Assembly: GCA_963514005.1 (NCBI GenBank)
Contig: OY740804.1
Span: 4,898,001-4,962,000, forward strand
Source of the DNA: Raja brachyura
Taxonomy: Eukaryota
Direction of reading: 5' to 3'
DNA: 64,000 nucleotides
Shown: in pieces, positions 1-12,778 of the stretch
Layout of the letters: each line of letters starts with the position of its first letter
Position numbering within the stretch: the stretch's first letter is position 1
The notes under the pieces: generated by a model
Seen by the model: only the letters and a program-made list of their open reading frames with translations
Database searches by the model: none
What the model was told of the DNA's origin: nothing
Position numbers and translations under genes: made by a program

Positions 1-75
1 CGCACCCCTGATCATTCCGAATGTTCACCCGATTCTTCCTGTTCATTTTCTCAAGATGTTTCCTCTCAGTTTCAG

Positions 76-390
76 GTGCGGTGTGGGGGAAGAAATATGT
101 AGGAGGAGTTGTGGGAAGAGCGGTCACAATCGATTGTCACTATGAAGCAGAGTACCGCTCACACACAAAATACTGGTGTCACGGGTGGACTAGCCAGTGT
201 AGAGTTTTAATGGAAACAAATGGGCAACACGGACGGAGAGGAAGAGCATCAATCACAGATAACCCGGCACGAGGAATATTTACTGTGACTGTGGAGGATC
301 TTCGCTCTGGAGATACAGGGTGGTACAGCTGTGGAATTGCTACACCTGACTTGGATCCATTGTTTAACGTTCATCTCCAAGTATCTGACG
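76..390 (+). CDS. Gene A IgV exon, CD300/pIgR-like (MDIR-like) receptor
   Basis: Acceptor tttcag|GT, donor GACG|gtacgt, 315 nt, phase 1-1. VTIDC...KYWC-x6-C...DTGWYSC shows the extra C-C' Cys pair typical of CD300/pIgR/TREM V domains. The leader lies outside the window. Confidence 0.92.
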
Positions 391-1344
391 GTACGTTTAT
401 CAGCGATTGACGACGTCTCCACGACGCATGATCCATGTTTTTTCTCCTAGGAAGGGTCAGGGCAGCACCGATATCCCGAGGCTCCGCAGCAGTGTAGAGA
501 CCTGCGGGAAGCGGGCGGGGGTCGGGAAACCCCACTCATGTTGCTCTCACCCAGTGCGGGCTCGGTCCCACTGAGCGGCCACCCACTTCAAGTGGGACGC
601 TCGGCACATTTTCCTGCCTCTGAACTGTGTTAAATGTCACCCTGTCAGAGGTTTGCATTCCGACTCAAACTAATAATCCGTTGGGAACAGATCACTGAGA
701 AACGAGTGTTACCCGCGGTCTGAATACCCGGAGAATGTTAAACAGGGAATCAGACCCGTGAGTTCAACACACTGCGTTCAATCCTCCCGGGGCAGACCAG
801 CCCGCTCCCCGCTCCCACCTGAGGGGCCAGTCACTCCCTCCCCACCCAGTGGTCTCTCTCTGTGTCTCCCTCTGTCCCGCCAATGCGCCCCCACCCCCAG
901 CAGCCACTCACCACTGCCCACCCACTGCCCGGCAGCCAGCCAGCATCTCCACCTGGCCCAATCTCGGAGGAAATTTGGGTAAAGCTTTCCTAATCAGACC
1001 TTTCAGGAAATTCCGGGCGACCTCCACCTTCCCCGAGTTTCTGGGCTTCTCAGACTGACAATATCTCTCGTTGTCTCCACCCCGATATCAGCACCAATGG
1101 GTTCCCTTCCTGTTGCAGGCCACTTCATCCCAGCACAACTATAGCCTCTCCCTATAGCCACCGAACATTGGACAGGTGTATGACAGGTGAACAAAACCAT
1201 AAGTGCTGGAAGAACATAGCGGGTCAGGTAGCATCTGTGGAGGGAATGGACAAAACCAACTCGAGTCGTGACCCTCTTTCAGACAGATGGAGTGAGGGAG
1301 GAGAAAGCTGGAATTGAGAGATGGGAACGATATCGAGCCTGGTG

Positions 1345-1346
1345 AG

Positions 1347-1381
<35 letters not shown>

Positions 1382-1383
1382 GA
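1345..1383 (+). repeat. (GATA)n microsatellite
   Basis: Pure GATA array. The mirror locus at about 22690-22732 is interrupted. Confidence 0.9.
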
Positions 1384-1961
1384 TGAGGGGATTGATCAAC
1401 AGGCGGGTGGAGTGATATAAGTGAGGAGGAGACCAGATAAGGAGAGAAGAGGAACAGTGAAATGTGAAGCCGGATTGGGGGATCGAGGGGTGGAGGGGAA
1501 CGGGGCGGTATAAAAAGGAGACGGGGGACTCAGAGATGGGAGATGTGACGAGTTTATGGATGTACAAAAGCGGGGATGGTGGAAGGGTGGCTGGGATGGG
1601 GGGGAGCGGTTGGCGATAGTGAGGTATTATTTGAAATCCGTGAATACAATGTTCATACCGTTGCGTTGTCCGATTGTCGAGGGGAATACGAGCCGCTGTT
1701 TCTCTTTCAACATAGTTTTGGCAATGGATGAACCCAAGGACATAAAGGGTGGGATGGGAATGGGAAGGAGACTGAAATGATTAGCAACCAGGATGTCCAG
1801 GCTCGCTTGTGTAAAGGCCGAGGTCATATTGCCAGCACCGAAGGCAGGGGACGAGGTTCGCGTGTACCTCTTCAAAAGTCGAGGTACAAGGGTGCCAGAA
1901 TGGGAGAGTCTTTTATTTTCAGACGTTGACTTTGTATCCATTGTTTGCTCCTTTCCCACAG

Positions 1962-2270
1962 AACCCGTGACTGTTCCTGTGCTTGGATTTTTGTCACCAG
2001 CCAATGTCTCCGGTGTCGGAGGCACAGTGACAGTGTCGTGTAAGTCTGAGCGGGGATCACTTCCCATTAGCTACACCTGGTATGAAAATACCTTAAAGAT
2101 CTCAAATAGCAATAACCTGGATCTACGTTGTCAATCCTTCAAACAACAAAGCCATCAATATTACTGCAAAGCCTCAAATAATCGTGGGACAAGGACCAGT
2201 GAAATGGTCAACGTGGCAGTGCCCAACGTCGGAGCGAATTGCAGTTATGCGGTGCATTTCGGTAACAGTG
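1962..2270 (+). CDS. Gene A IgC2 exon (FcR-like/FCRL-type domain)
   Basis: Acceptor cccacag|, donor G|gtaagt, 309 nt, phase 1-1. EPVTVPVL...VTVSCKSERGSLPISYTWY...YYCKASN. Confidence 0.9.
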
Positions 2271-2907
2271 GTAAGTGCAGGAGGGAATGACTGAATCGCC
2301 AGTTTGATTCCTGGGATATTTTAGTGTTACGGAAAAGATGGATTGGGATGATTCTGAAGACCCCACAAGATTCTGACAGGAAATACATGACTTGATGTTG
2401 AGAGGAATGCTCACAGTAGTTGGGAGTTTGTGGTTAGTGTCACAATAATAAGGATCCATAACTTGGGTCACAGAAGACAAATTTTTTTGTAAACTTTCAG
2501 ACAAATGTTCACCAAATAACCCCGTTAGCTGAAAATTCAAGCTGCTAAAATTCTACCTCCAGCCACGCAAGTTTACTTTGGAGATACAGCATACAGGCCC
2601 GTACGAAGCTTTTCAAAAACGGGGATGGTATGACATGATTACAAAAATATTAATGTGAAATAAGCCTTCATCCGCCTTCCCAGCTGCTGTGACGCTCCAC
2701 CAAGGAACTCTAGATGCTGGTTTATACCAAAGAAGGACAAAATGGTGGAATAACTTAGCAGGTCAGACAGTATCCCTGGATGACATGGATAGGTGACATT
2801 TTGGGTTGAAACCCTTGGGTTCTGACCCGAAACGTCACCTGTTCATTTTCTCCAGGGATGCCACCTGACCTAGCATAACTCCACCATTTTGTATCCTTCT
2901 GCTGATA

Positions 2908-3129
2908 AAAAATAGACAATAGACACTATGTGCAGGAGTAGGCCGTTCAGCCCTTCGAGGCAGCCATTCAATGTGATCATGGCTGATCATCCACAATCAG
3001 TACCCCGTTCCTGCCTTCTCCCCATATCCCCTGACTACTCTATTTTTAAGAGCCCTATCTAGCTCTCTCTTGAAAGTATCCAGAGAATCGGCTTCCACTG
3101 CCCTTTGAGGCAAATAATTCCACACTCCC
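2908..3129 (-). mobile_element. CR1 3' fragment present only in the left arm, flanked by a ~31-bp duplication
   Basis: AACTCCACCATTTTGyATCyTTyTGCTGATA at 2877-2907 and 3130-3160. Confidence 0.75.
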
Positions 3130-3627
3130 AACTCCACCATTTTGCATCTTTTTGCTGATATTTTCTTGTTCCCTGTTGCTCCTCAGCTCCAAATCATAAC
3201 TATTATCCAGCATGTTCAGTCCCTTTCTAACTACTGCATTCATAAGATCCACCCGTAATAACATTGCCCCATCCCTCCAGTAGGTATCTGATCCACTGGA
3301 CTAGATCTCCCTGTACTGGCAAGGCCAGCTATCTGGTCAGAACATCCCCTTGCATTTGTCAGGGCTAAACAGGCTTTGCATTCCCACCAACCCAAGCCCT
3401 TTAAGTGTCCCAGCAGCATCTCAACATCTCTAGAGCTCAAATATGGGACGGAAAGAGAAATTATCAATAAATGTGATCAACAGTTAAGTGTTGGCAGCAG
3501 CAGGAACTTTTTTACACAAAGGGTGGTGGGTGTATGGAACACGCTGCCAGAGGAGGTGGTTGAGGCAGGTACTATTGTAATATTTAAGGAACATTTAGAC
3601 AGGTACATTGATAGGATAGGTTTAGAG

Positions 3628-6135
3628 GTCCAACAAGGCGAATTTAGGGAGCTAGGAGATAAACTTAAAAGTAGGACCTCAAAGGTAATAATCTCTGGAT
3701 TACTGCCAGTGCCACGTGCTAGTCAGAGTAGAAATAGGAGGATATGGCAGATGAATACGTGGCTTGAAAAATGATGCAAGGCGGAGGGATTCAAATTTCT
3801 CGGGCATTGGAACCAGTTCTGGAGGAGGTGGGACCAGCATAAACGGGATGGTCTGCACCTGGGATGGAATGGAATCAATGTCCTTGGGGGAGTGTTTGCT
3901 AGTGCTGTCAGGGAGGATTTAAACTAATGTGGCGGGGGATGGGAGCATGAGCAGAGAGACAGAGGGATGTAAGATGAGGGTAGAAGCAATAGGTAGCAAG
4001 GTGAAAAGTAAACGTAGCAGGCAGAAAAATCCAGGGCAAAAATCAAAAAGGGCCACTTTTCAACATAATTGTATAAGGGGTAAGAGCGTTGTAAAAACAA
4101 GCCTGAAGGCTTTGTGTCTCAATGCAAGGAGCATTCGTAATAAGGTGGATGAGTTGAATGTGCAGATAGTTATTAATGAATATGATATAGTTGGGATCAC
4201 GGAGACATGGCTCCAGGGTGACCAAGGCTGGGAGCTGAACATCCAGGGATATTCAATATTTAGGAGGGATAGACAGAAAGGAAAAGGAGGTGGAGTAGCA
4301 TTGCTGGTTAGAGAGGTGATTAACGCAATAGAAATGAAGGACATTAGCATGGAGGATGTGGAATCGATATGGGTAGAGCTGTGAAACACTAAGGGGCAGA
4401 AAACTCTGGTGGGTGTTGTGTACAGGTTACCTAACAGTAGTAGTGGAGCTGAGGATGGCATCAAACATGAAATTAGAAATGCATGCAACAAAGGTAAAAC
4501 AATTATAATGGGTGACTTCAATCTACATATAGATTGGGTGAATCAAATTGGCAGGGGTGCTGAGGAAGAGGATTTCTTGGAATGTATGCGGGATAGTTTT
4601 CTAAACCAACAAAAAGAACCAACGAGAGAGCAGGCTATTCTAGACTGGGTATTAAGTAATGAGGAAGGGTTAGTTAGCAGTCTTGTTGTGTGTGGCCCCT
4701 TGGGCAAGAGTGACCATTATATGGTTGAGTTCTTCATTAGGATGGAGAGTGACATTGTTAATTCAGAAACAAGGGTTCTGAACTTAAAGAAAGGTAACTT
4801 TGAGGGTATGAGACGTGAATTGGCTAAGATAGACTGGCAAGTGATTCTTAAAGGGTTGACGGTGGATATGCAATGGAAGGCATTTAAAGACTGCATGGAT
4901 GAGCTACAACAATTGTTCATCCCAGTTTGGCAAAATAATAAATCAGGGAAGGTAGTGCATCTGTGGATAACAAGGGAAATCAGGGATAGTATAAAAACAA
5001 AAGATGTGGCATACAAATTAGCCAGAAAAAGCAGCCTACCAGAGGACTGGGAGAAATTCAGAATCCAGCAAAGAGTAGGAGTAAACTGGTCATTTTCAGA
5101 ATGGCAGGCAGTGATTAGTGGGGTACAGCAAGGCTCAGTGCTGGGACACCGGCTATTTACAATATATATTGATCTGGATGAGGGAATTGAATGCAAAATC
5201 TCCAAGTTTGCGGATGACACAAAGCTGGTTGGCAGTGTTAGCTGTGAGGAGGATGCTAGGAGGCTGCAAGGTGACTAGGATAGGTTGGGTGAGTGGGAAA
5301 ATGCATGGCAGATGCAGTATAATGTGGATAAATGTGAGGTTATCCACTTGGGTGGCAAAACCAGGAAAGTAGACTATTATCTGAATAGTGGCCGATTAGG
5401 AAAAGGGAAAATGCAAAGCGACCTGGGTGTCATGGTACACCAGTCGTTGAAAGTAGGCATGCAGGTGCAGCAGGCAGTGAAGAAAGCGAATGGTATGTTG
5501 GCATTCATAGCAAAAGGATTTGAGTACAAGAGCAGGGAGGTTCTACTGCAGTTGGACAGGGTCTTGGTGAGGCCACACCTGGAGTATTGCGTACAGTTTT
5601 GGTCTCCTAATCTGAGGAAAGACATTCTTGCCACAGAGGGAGTACAGAGAAGGTTCACCAGACTGTTACGTGGGATGGCAAGACTTCCATATGAAGAAAG
5701 ACTGGATAGACTCGGCTTGTAGTCGCTGGAATTTAGAAGATTGAGGGGGGATCTTATAGAGACTTACAAAGTTCTTAAGGGGTTTGACAGGCTAGATGCA
5801 GGAAGATTGTTCCTGATGTTGGGGAAGTCCAGAACAAGGGGTTACGGTTTAAGGATAAGGGGGAAGTCTTTTAGGACCGAGATTAGAAAATCATTTTTCA
5901 CACTGAGTGGTGAATCTGTGGAATTCTCTGTCACAGAAGGTAATTGAGGTCAGCTCATTGGCTATATTTAAGAGGGGGTTCAATGTGGCCCTTGTGGTTA
6001 AAGGGATCAGGGGGTATGGAGAGAAGGCAGGTACAGGATACTGAGTTGGATGATCAGCCATGATCATATTGAATGGCGGTGCAGGCTCGAAGGACCGAAT
6101 GGCCTACTCATGCACCTATTTTCTATGTTTCTATG
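3628..6135 (+). mobile_element. CR1 LINE, degenerate and internally deleted, in a gene A intron
   Basis: ORF1 esterase end (DGLHL), APE endonuclease (NARSIRNK, ITETWL, MGDFN, SDH), jump to the RT C-terminus (FADDTK), TTCTATGT tail. Stops and frameshifts present. Confidence 0.92.
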
Positions 6136-6754
6136 GTGAGCCCGATATCTGAGGAAGGATGTGCTGGTTCTGGAGAGGGTCCAGAGGAGGTTTACAAGAA
6201 TGATCCCAGGAATGAGTGGGTTAACATATGATGAGTGTTTGACAGCACTGGGCCTGTACTCGCTGGAGTTTAGAAGGATGAGGGAGGCCCTCATTGAACT
6301 TTACTGAATATGGAAAGGCCTGGATAGAGTTGATGTGGAGAAGATGTTTCCACTAGTGGGGTAATCTAGGGCCAGAGGTCATAGCCTCCGAATTAAAGAG
6401 CGTTTCTTTAGGAAGGAATTCTTAAGTAAGAGGGTAGTAAATCTGAGGAATTTATTGCCACAGAAGGTTGTGGAGGCCAAGTCAATGGATATTTTAAGGC
6501 GGAGATAGTACGGGAGTCAGGGGTTATGAGCAGAAGGCAGGAGAATAGGGTTAGGAGGGAGAGATAGATCAGCCGTGATTGAATGACGGAGTAGACTTGA
6601 TGGGCCGAATGGCCTAATTCTAATCCTATCACTTATGAACATGAACTGATGAAGTCGATGTGCCAAATGGCCTAATTCTGCTCCTATGACTTCTGCACTT
6701 ATGATTGCAAGTGAAAAGCAGGTGATGTTGAATTGTATTTCCTTGACCCAACAG

Positions 6755-6875
6755 AACCTGAAAAGACTGGTAGCACTTCTAAGCATGAACCAATGATGAC
6801 TACACCGTTTGCAAGTACAGAAAAAAAATCCAATGATAATCAAAATGACACCACCCGATCCACTTGCACGGAATG
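6755..6875 (+). CDS. Gene A Ser/Thr-rich stalk exon
   Basis: Acceptor ccaacag|, weak donor TG|gtacaa, phase 1-2, which fits both neighbours. EPEKTGSTSKHEPMMTTPFASTEKKSNDNQNDTTRSTCTE. Confidence 0.72.
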
Positions 6876-7997
6876 GTACAATAATGTTATTACTGCTGTT
6901 GTGATTGGCTCTGCTTCCTTCTGAGAATAAATTGGAAGAGAATTTCCTCTTTCATTGGCTAGTTAAGTGCCTCAGAGTATTGACTTCAATCTATTCAAAT
7001 GTTGAGATCGGAGTGCGCACAAGAATTGAAAGGAATGATCTAAGATCCAGCATGCACTCAATGGGCCAAATGGACTCTAGCTTTTTTTTGGTTTTTAGTT
7101 TTAGAGAAACAGCACGGACACAGGCCCTTCCACCCTACAAGTCCATGACAGCCTTAGATCAGTCTGAAGAAGTGTCTCAACACGAAAAACGTCATCTGGT
7201 CCTTCTCTCCAGAGGTGCTGTGTGACCCGCTGAGTTACTCCAGCTTTTTGTGTCGATCTTCGATCCCCCCGTTAACACTAGTTCTATGTTGTACCACTTT
7301 ATTGTTCAATCCCTACACATTCAGGATTGAACCCAGGTCTCTGGCGCCTTAAGAGAGCTGCTCTATCAAATGTGCCAATGTAATGAAAAGAAGATGAGAA
7401 AGTAATTGTTGATTCATCTCTTGATTTTGTACACCTCCATAAGATCACCCCTCGTCCTCCTGCTCTCCAAGGAATAATGACCTAGCTTGCTCAACCTTTC
7501 CCTATAGCTCAGGCCCTCGAGTCCCAGCACCATCTTCGTAAATCTTCTCTGCACCCTTTCCAGCTTGACAAAATCTTTCCTATAACATGGTGACCAGAAA
7601 TGCACACAATACCCTAAATGTGATGAGGTTCCAGGATTATGCAGAATTACATCTGGTCACATAGGATTGAAGGCACAGAAAAGATCAACTAGGCTGGTCC
7701 ATGCTGGTGTTTACAGACCACTCGTCACTTCTCCCATCTTTTCCTATCTAACTTTATCAACGCTAGACACAAAATGCTGGAGTAACTCAGCGAGTCAGGC
7801 AGCATCTCTGAAGAACATGGATAGGTGAGGTTTTGGGTCGAGATCCTGGACGGTGGAATTTCCCAGCTGAACTCGCTGGGCTCTGTTGCTGTACCCTGCT
7901 CCATGTAGAGATTTCACAGCAATCAGGATATGAATGTTTCCAACACAAACTAGTCTGTTTTCTCCCACTGATTCTGTATCTTTCCCCCTTTGCTCAG

Positions 7998-8088
7998 TTC
8001 CATGACATGGAAGGTGGGACGCTGGCTGTACTTTGCTCTGCTTGGGATCTGCAGTATCTCAGTCTCATTGTTCACAAGTATAAGGAAG
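7998..8088 (+). CDS. Gene A transmembrane exon with TM arginine
   Basis: Polypyrimidine tract plus gctcag|, donor AAG|gtatgt, phase 2-0. SMTWKVGRWLYFALLGICSISVSLFTSIRK. Confidence 0.85.
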
Positions 8089-8848
8089 GTATGTTTTGCA
8101 GAGATCATCAGAATCGCTGACTGCTTCCAAATGATGTCCATTAATACTTTCAAACATGCTGATAAAATAAAACAAACGGAAAGTGTTTAGATAAAGTATT
8201 TCACAAATTCGGGCCAAACCAATGCTCTACGAAAAAGATATCAATAGGCCTTGACAAGATGTTTGTGTGCTTGATGTAGATGTTGTACAGTCATTGAAGC
8301 AGAGAGAAATACAGCATGGAAACAGGCCCTTTGGCCCACTGTAACCATGCAGGCCATCTTATCTGACCCCCAGTTTCCTCCCCTCTATTTTCAGTTTGAA
8401 GAAGGGTCCCGACCTGAAATGTCACCCATCCTTTTTCCCCAAAGATCTTGCCTGACTCGCTGAGTTACTCCAGCACTTTGTGTCTATCAGGCCATTGATC
8501 ACCCGTACGCATTAGTTCTGTGTTATCCCATTCTCACGTCCCAAATCCCAACACACTCGGGGAAATTCACATTGGCCAAGTAACCTGTAAACCCGCAAGT
8601 CTTTGGGATGTGGGAGGAAACCAGAGCTCGCGGAGAAAACCCACATGGCCACAGCGAGAACATGCAAACTCCACACAGATAGCACCAAAGTCAAAATCCA
8701 AGCAAATTCTTGGAAGCTGTGAGGCAGCAGCTCTATCAGTTGCATCACTGTGCCAATTGGAAGCAGAATTCTGTTGTGAGTGGCCTTGTGAAATAAAGTA
8801 CAATTCCCTGAGTTAATGAATCTGATGACTTCAACATTTTTTTTACAG

Positions 8849-8884
8849 GGACCCAATGAACCGAAACCTCACAGCTTGCCGTAG
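8849..8884 (+). CDS. Gene A terminal exon, short cytoplasmic tail
   Basis: Acceptor ttttttttacag|, phase 0, GPNEPKPHSLP-TAG. No tyrosine motif. Confidence 0.75.
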   Translation, partial: GPNEPKPHSLP

Positions 8885-11608
8885 AAGGCAGAATGAAGAT
8901 CCACTGGTGATAGTGACTGAGAAACTACTCTCCAATGATCGTTATTATTTTGAATGAATTAATAGAAACATAGAAAATAGCCAGCACCGCCATTCAACAT
9001 GATCATGGCTGATCATCCAACTCAGTATCTTGTTCCTGCCTTCTCTCCATACCCCCTGATCCTTTTAGCCACAAGGCCCACATCTAACTCCCTTTTAAAT
9101 ATAGCCAATTAAGTGGCTTCAATTACCTTCTTTGGCAGAGAATTCCACAGATTCACCACTCTCTGTGTGAAAAAAAAAATTCTCATCTCAGTCCTAAAAG
9201 ACTTCCCCCTTATCCTTAAACTGTGATCCCTTGTTCTGGACTTCCCCAACATCGGGAACAATCTAGCCTGTCCAACCCCTTAAGAATTTTGCAAGTTTCT
9301 ACAAGATCCCCCTCAATCTTCTAAATTCTAGCGAGCACAAGCAATGAATGAATGAATACTTTATTGTCACATTTGACAAATCACAGTGAAATTCTTTGCT
9401 TGCCAACCCAATGTATGCAAATAGTCACCCATAAAGGGTGCTGACAAAGTGTTTTTCATTTTGCTTTCATAATAGACTGCACAGAATTAATGTTTCTTCT
9501 GCTAAAACAATTAACTTAGTTCACACATTATTCAATAGACAATAGGTGCAGGGGTAGGCCCTTCGAGCCAGCACCGTCATTCAATGTGGTCATGGCTGAT
9601 CATCCCCAATCAGTTCCCCGTTCCTGCCTTCATAACTTTTTCCTCGTCCTCCAGGTTCAAGAACAGCTTCTCAGCAGCAACAATTAGGCTTTTGAACACT
9701 GCACACTAACCTCAACTATCAAGTATGGACAGTGTTTGGTTGCACTGAAGACATCAGTTTGTTTTTGTCCTTATTGGACATTAACTAATTCATTTTTGTA
9801 CATTATACATTAACTGTGTGCATTGTGTTTACAAGCACAATGAGGGGAATAGATAGGGTATGTGTTGGAAGGAACTGCAGATGCGTGTTCAAACCGAAGA
9901 TAGACACAAAAACCTAGAGTTACTCATCGGGTCAGGCAGCACCTCTGGAGCAAAGGGATAGGTGATGTTTTGAGCCGAGACCTTTCTTCGGACAGAGGTA
10001 GGGGAAAGGGAAACAAGGGAAACAAGTCTCTTACCCAGAGTATTGGAATCAAGACTCAGGGGGCAAGGCTTCAGGTGAAAGCGAAAAGTTTTAATAGGAT
10101 CCTGAGGGGCATCATTTTTTTACACAGTGAGTTGTGGGAGTATGGAATGAGCTAACTGATGAGGTAGTTGAGGCAGGTGCTACAAAAACACTTTAAAGGC
10201 ATTTGGACAGTTACATGAATAGGACTGGTTTAGAAGGAGATGGACCAAACGCTGGCAGGAGGAACTAGAGTAGATGGGGCATCTTGGTCGACGTTGGCAA
10301 GTTGGGCTGAAGGGTCTGTTTCCATGCTGTATAACTCCATAAATCTCCAGATTCGTTGTGCTACTCAAACAAAGCATTATATTGCCCCCCTGTCGGTACA
10401 TATGACAATCAAGCACTCTTGACGCAGGCGTTTAACAAACCAAAATCAACCAAATGTCCTCGACATGGATTCAGTTCCAGTGCATAAAAAAAGTTATGAG
10501 AAGAATATACCTTGCACTATATCTGTTTTGAGTACTGTTGATATCAATCTTGTAATTGGAGATAGTGTGATTGTCATTGGTTCTTTATAAAAAGATATGT
10601 TATTGTTAATGTTTAATGTTTTAGGTGTCATTCCTAATGTCACTGTATGTCACATTGCACTTGTGGGCGGAGCACCAAGGCAAATTCCTTGTATGTGAAT
10701 ACTTGGCCAATAAACCTATTCATTCATAAACCCATTCATTCATCATTCATTCATAAGATTAGTCAAGTTATATTGAGGCAAGGAAATAAAATTAAGTCTC
10801 AACTGTTTTCACATGCAGTGAATAAAGATAACAAGATTGTCAGATGGAACCCATTGCTTTGAGTAAATGCCAATTAGCTTGAGAGATATGGTGACTATTA
10901 TTCAGTGGAATTGGACGTCTTAGTTGAGTTTAGTTTAGAGACACAGCATGAAACAGGACCTTTGGCCCACCTAGTTCACGCCAATCAGCGATCCCACCCG
11001 CACACCAGCACTATCCTGCACACACTAGGGTCAAATTACAGTTTACCAAAGCCAATTAACCTACAAACCTGCACGTCTTTGGAGTGTGGGAAGAAACCAA
11101 AGATCTCAGAGAAAACCCACTTGGTCATGGGGAGAACATACAAACTCCGTACAGACAGCACCCGTAGTCAGGATCGAACCCGTGTCTCTGGCGCTGAAAT
11201 GAAGGCAGCAACTCCAGCACTGTACACTCGTACACCCTATGTATCATTTATATTTTTGTGTATCTACGTGTATGTGCCTGTGATGTTGCCACAAGCGTGA
11301 TTTTCATTGTACCTGCACCTCACCATACGTGCATATAAGAATAAGCCAGACTTGACTTGAAAACTGCTCAGCAAAGTATATTACAATGATGTTCTCATGA
11401 GAAAAAGTACTTCCAGAACAATTGATCTGATGGGATGTCATAACTTATAGTTTCCCTCTTCTAAATATTCTTCACAGTTAAAACAATGAGGCATTTCCAG
11501 GATTGAATACAATTTATTCCTCATGACTGCAATGTCATGCTACACAACACAAAATAATAAGTCATTGCTATGAATGCTAGCAACATTGATTAAATGGCAC
11601 CTCTACTG

Positions 11609-12127
11609 AGTGAATAGATTCTTGCTATTGAGGGAGTGCAGCTTAGGTTTACAAGGTTAATTCCCGGGATGGTGGGATTGTCATATGCTGAGAGAATGGA
11701 GCAGCTGGGCTTGTACACTCTGGAGTTCAGAAGGATGAGAGGGAATCTCATTAAAACATATAAGATTGTTAAGGGCTTGGACACACTAGAGGCAGAAAAC
11801 ATGTTCCCGATGTTGGGGAACCAGGGGCCACAGTTTAAGAATAAGGAGTAAGCCATTTAGAATGGAGACGAGGAAACACTTTTTCTCACAGAGAGTGGTG
11901 AGTCTGGAATTCTCTGCCTCAGAGGGCGGTGGTGGCAGGTTCTGTGGATGCTGATTCTGTGGATTCTGTGGAAGAGAGAGCTAGATAGGGCTCTTAAAAA
12001 TAATGGAGTCAGGGGATATGGGGAGAAGGCAGGAACGGGGTACTGATTGGGGATGATCAGCCATGATCACATTGAATGGCGGTGCTGGCTTGAAGGGCCT
12101 ACCTCTGCACCTATTGTCTATTGTCTG
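11609..12127 (+). mobile_element. CR1 3' fragment spanning the spacer/right-arm boundary
   Basis: ORF2 C-terminal peptide RFTRLIPGM...LGLYTLEFRRMRG and ATTGTCT tail. Confidence 0.85.
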
Positions 12128-12778
12128 TTGAATAATGAGTGAACTAAGTTAATTGTTTTAGCAGAAGAAACATTAATTCTGCGCAGTCTATTATGAAAGC
12201 AAAATGAAAAACACTTTGTCAGCACCCTTTATGGGTGACTATTTGCATACATTGGGTTGGCAAGCAAAGAATTTCACTGTGACTTGTCAAATGTGACAAT
12301 AAAGTATTCATTCATTCATTGCTTGTGCTTGCTAGAATTTAGAAGACTGAGGGGGGATCTTGTAGAAACTTGCAAAATTCTTAAGGGGTTGGACAGGCTA
12401 GATTGTTCCCGATGTTGGGGAAGTCCAGAACAAGGGGTCACAGTTTAAGGATAAGGGGGAAGTCTTTTAGGACCGAGATGAGAATTTTTTTTTTCACACA
12501 GAGAGTGGTGAATCTGTGGAATTCTCTGCCAAAGAAGGTAGTTGAAGCCACTTCATTGGCTATACTTCAAGGGAGTTAGATGCGGCCTTTGTGGCTAAAC
12601 GGATCAGGGGGTATGGAGAGAAGGCAGGAACAAGATACTGAGTTGGATGATCAGCCATGATCATGTTGAATGGCGGTGCAGGCTATTTTCTATGTTTCTA
12701 TTAATTCATTCAAAATAATAACGATCATTGGAGAGTAGTTTCTCAGTCACTATCACCAGTGGATCTTCATTCTGCCTT

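Noticed and set aside
21-75. MFTRFFLFIFSRCFLSVS as an in-exon signal peptide for gene A
   Set aside because: It is the polypyrimidine tract before the acceptor at 75, and the mirror copy has an in-frame TGA (ACC TGA) there.
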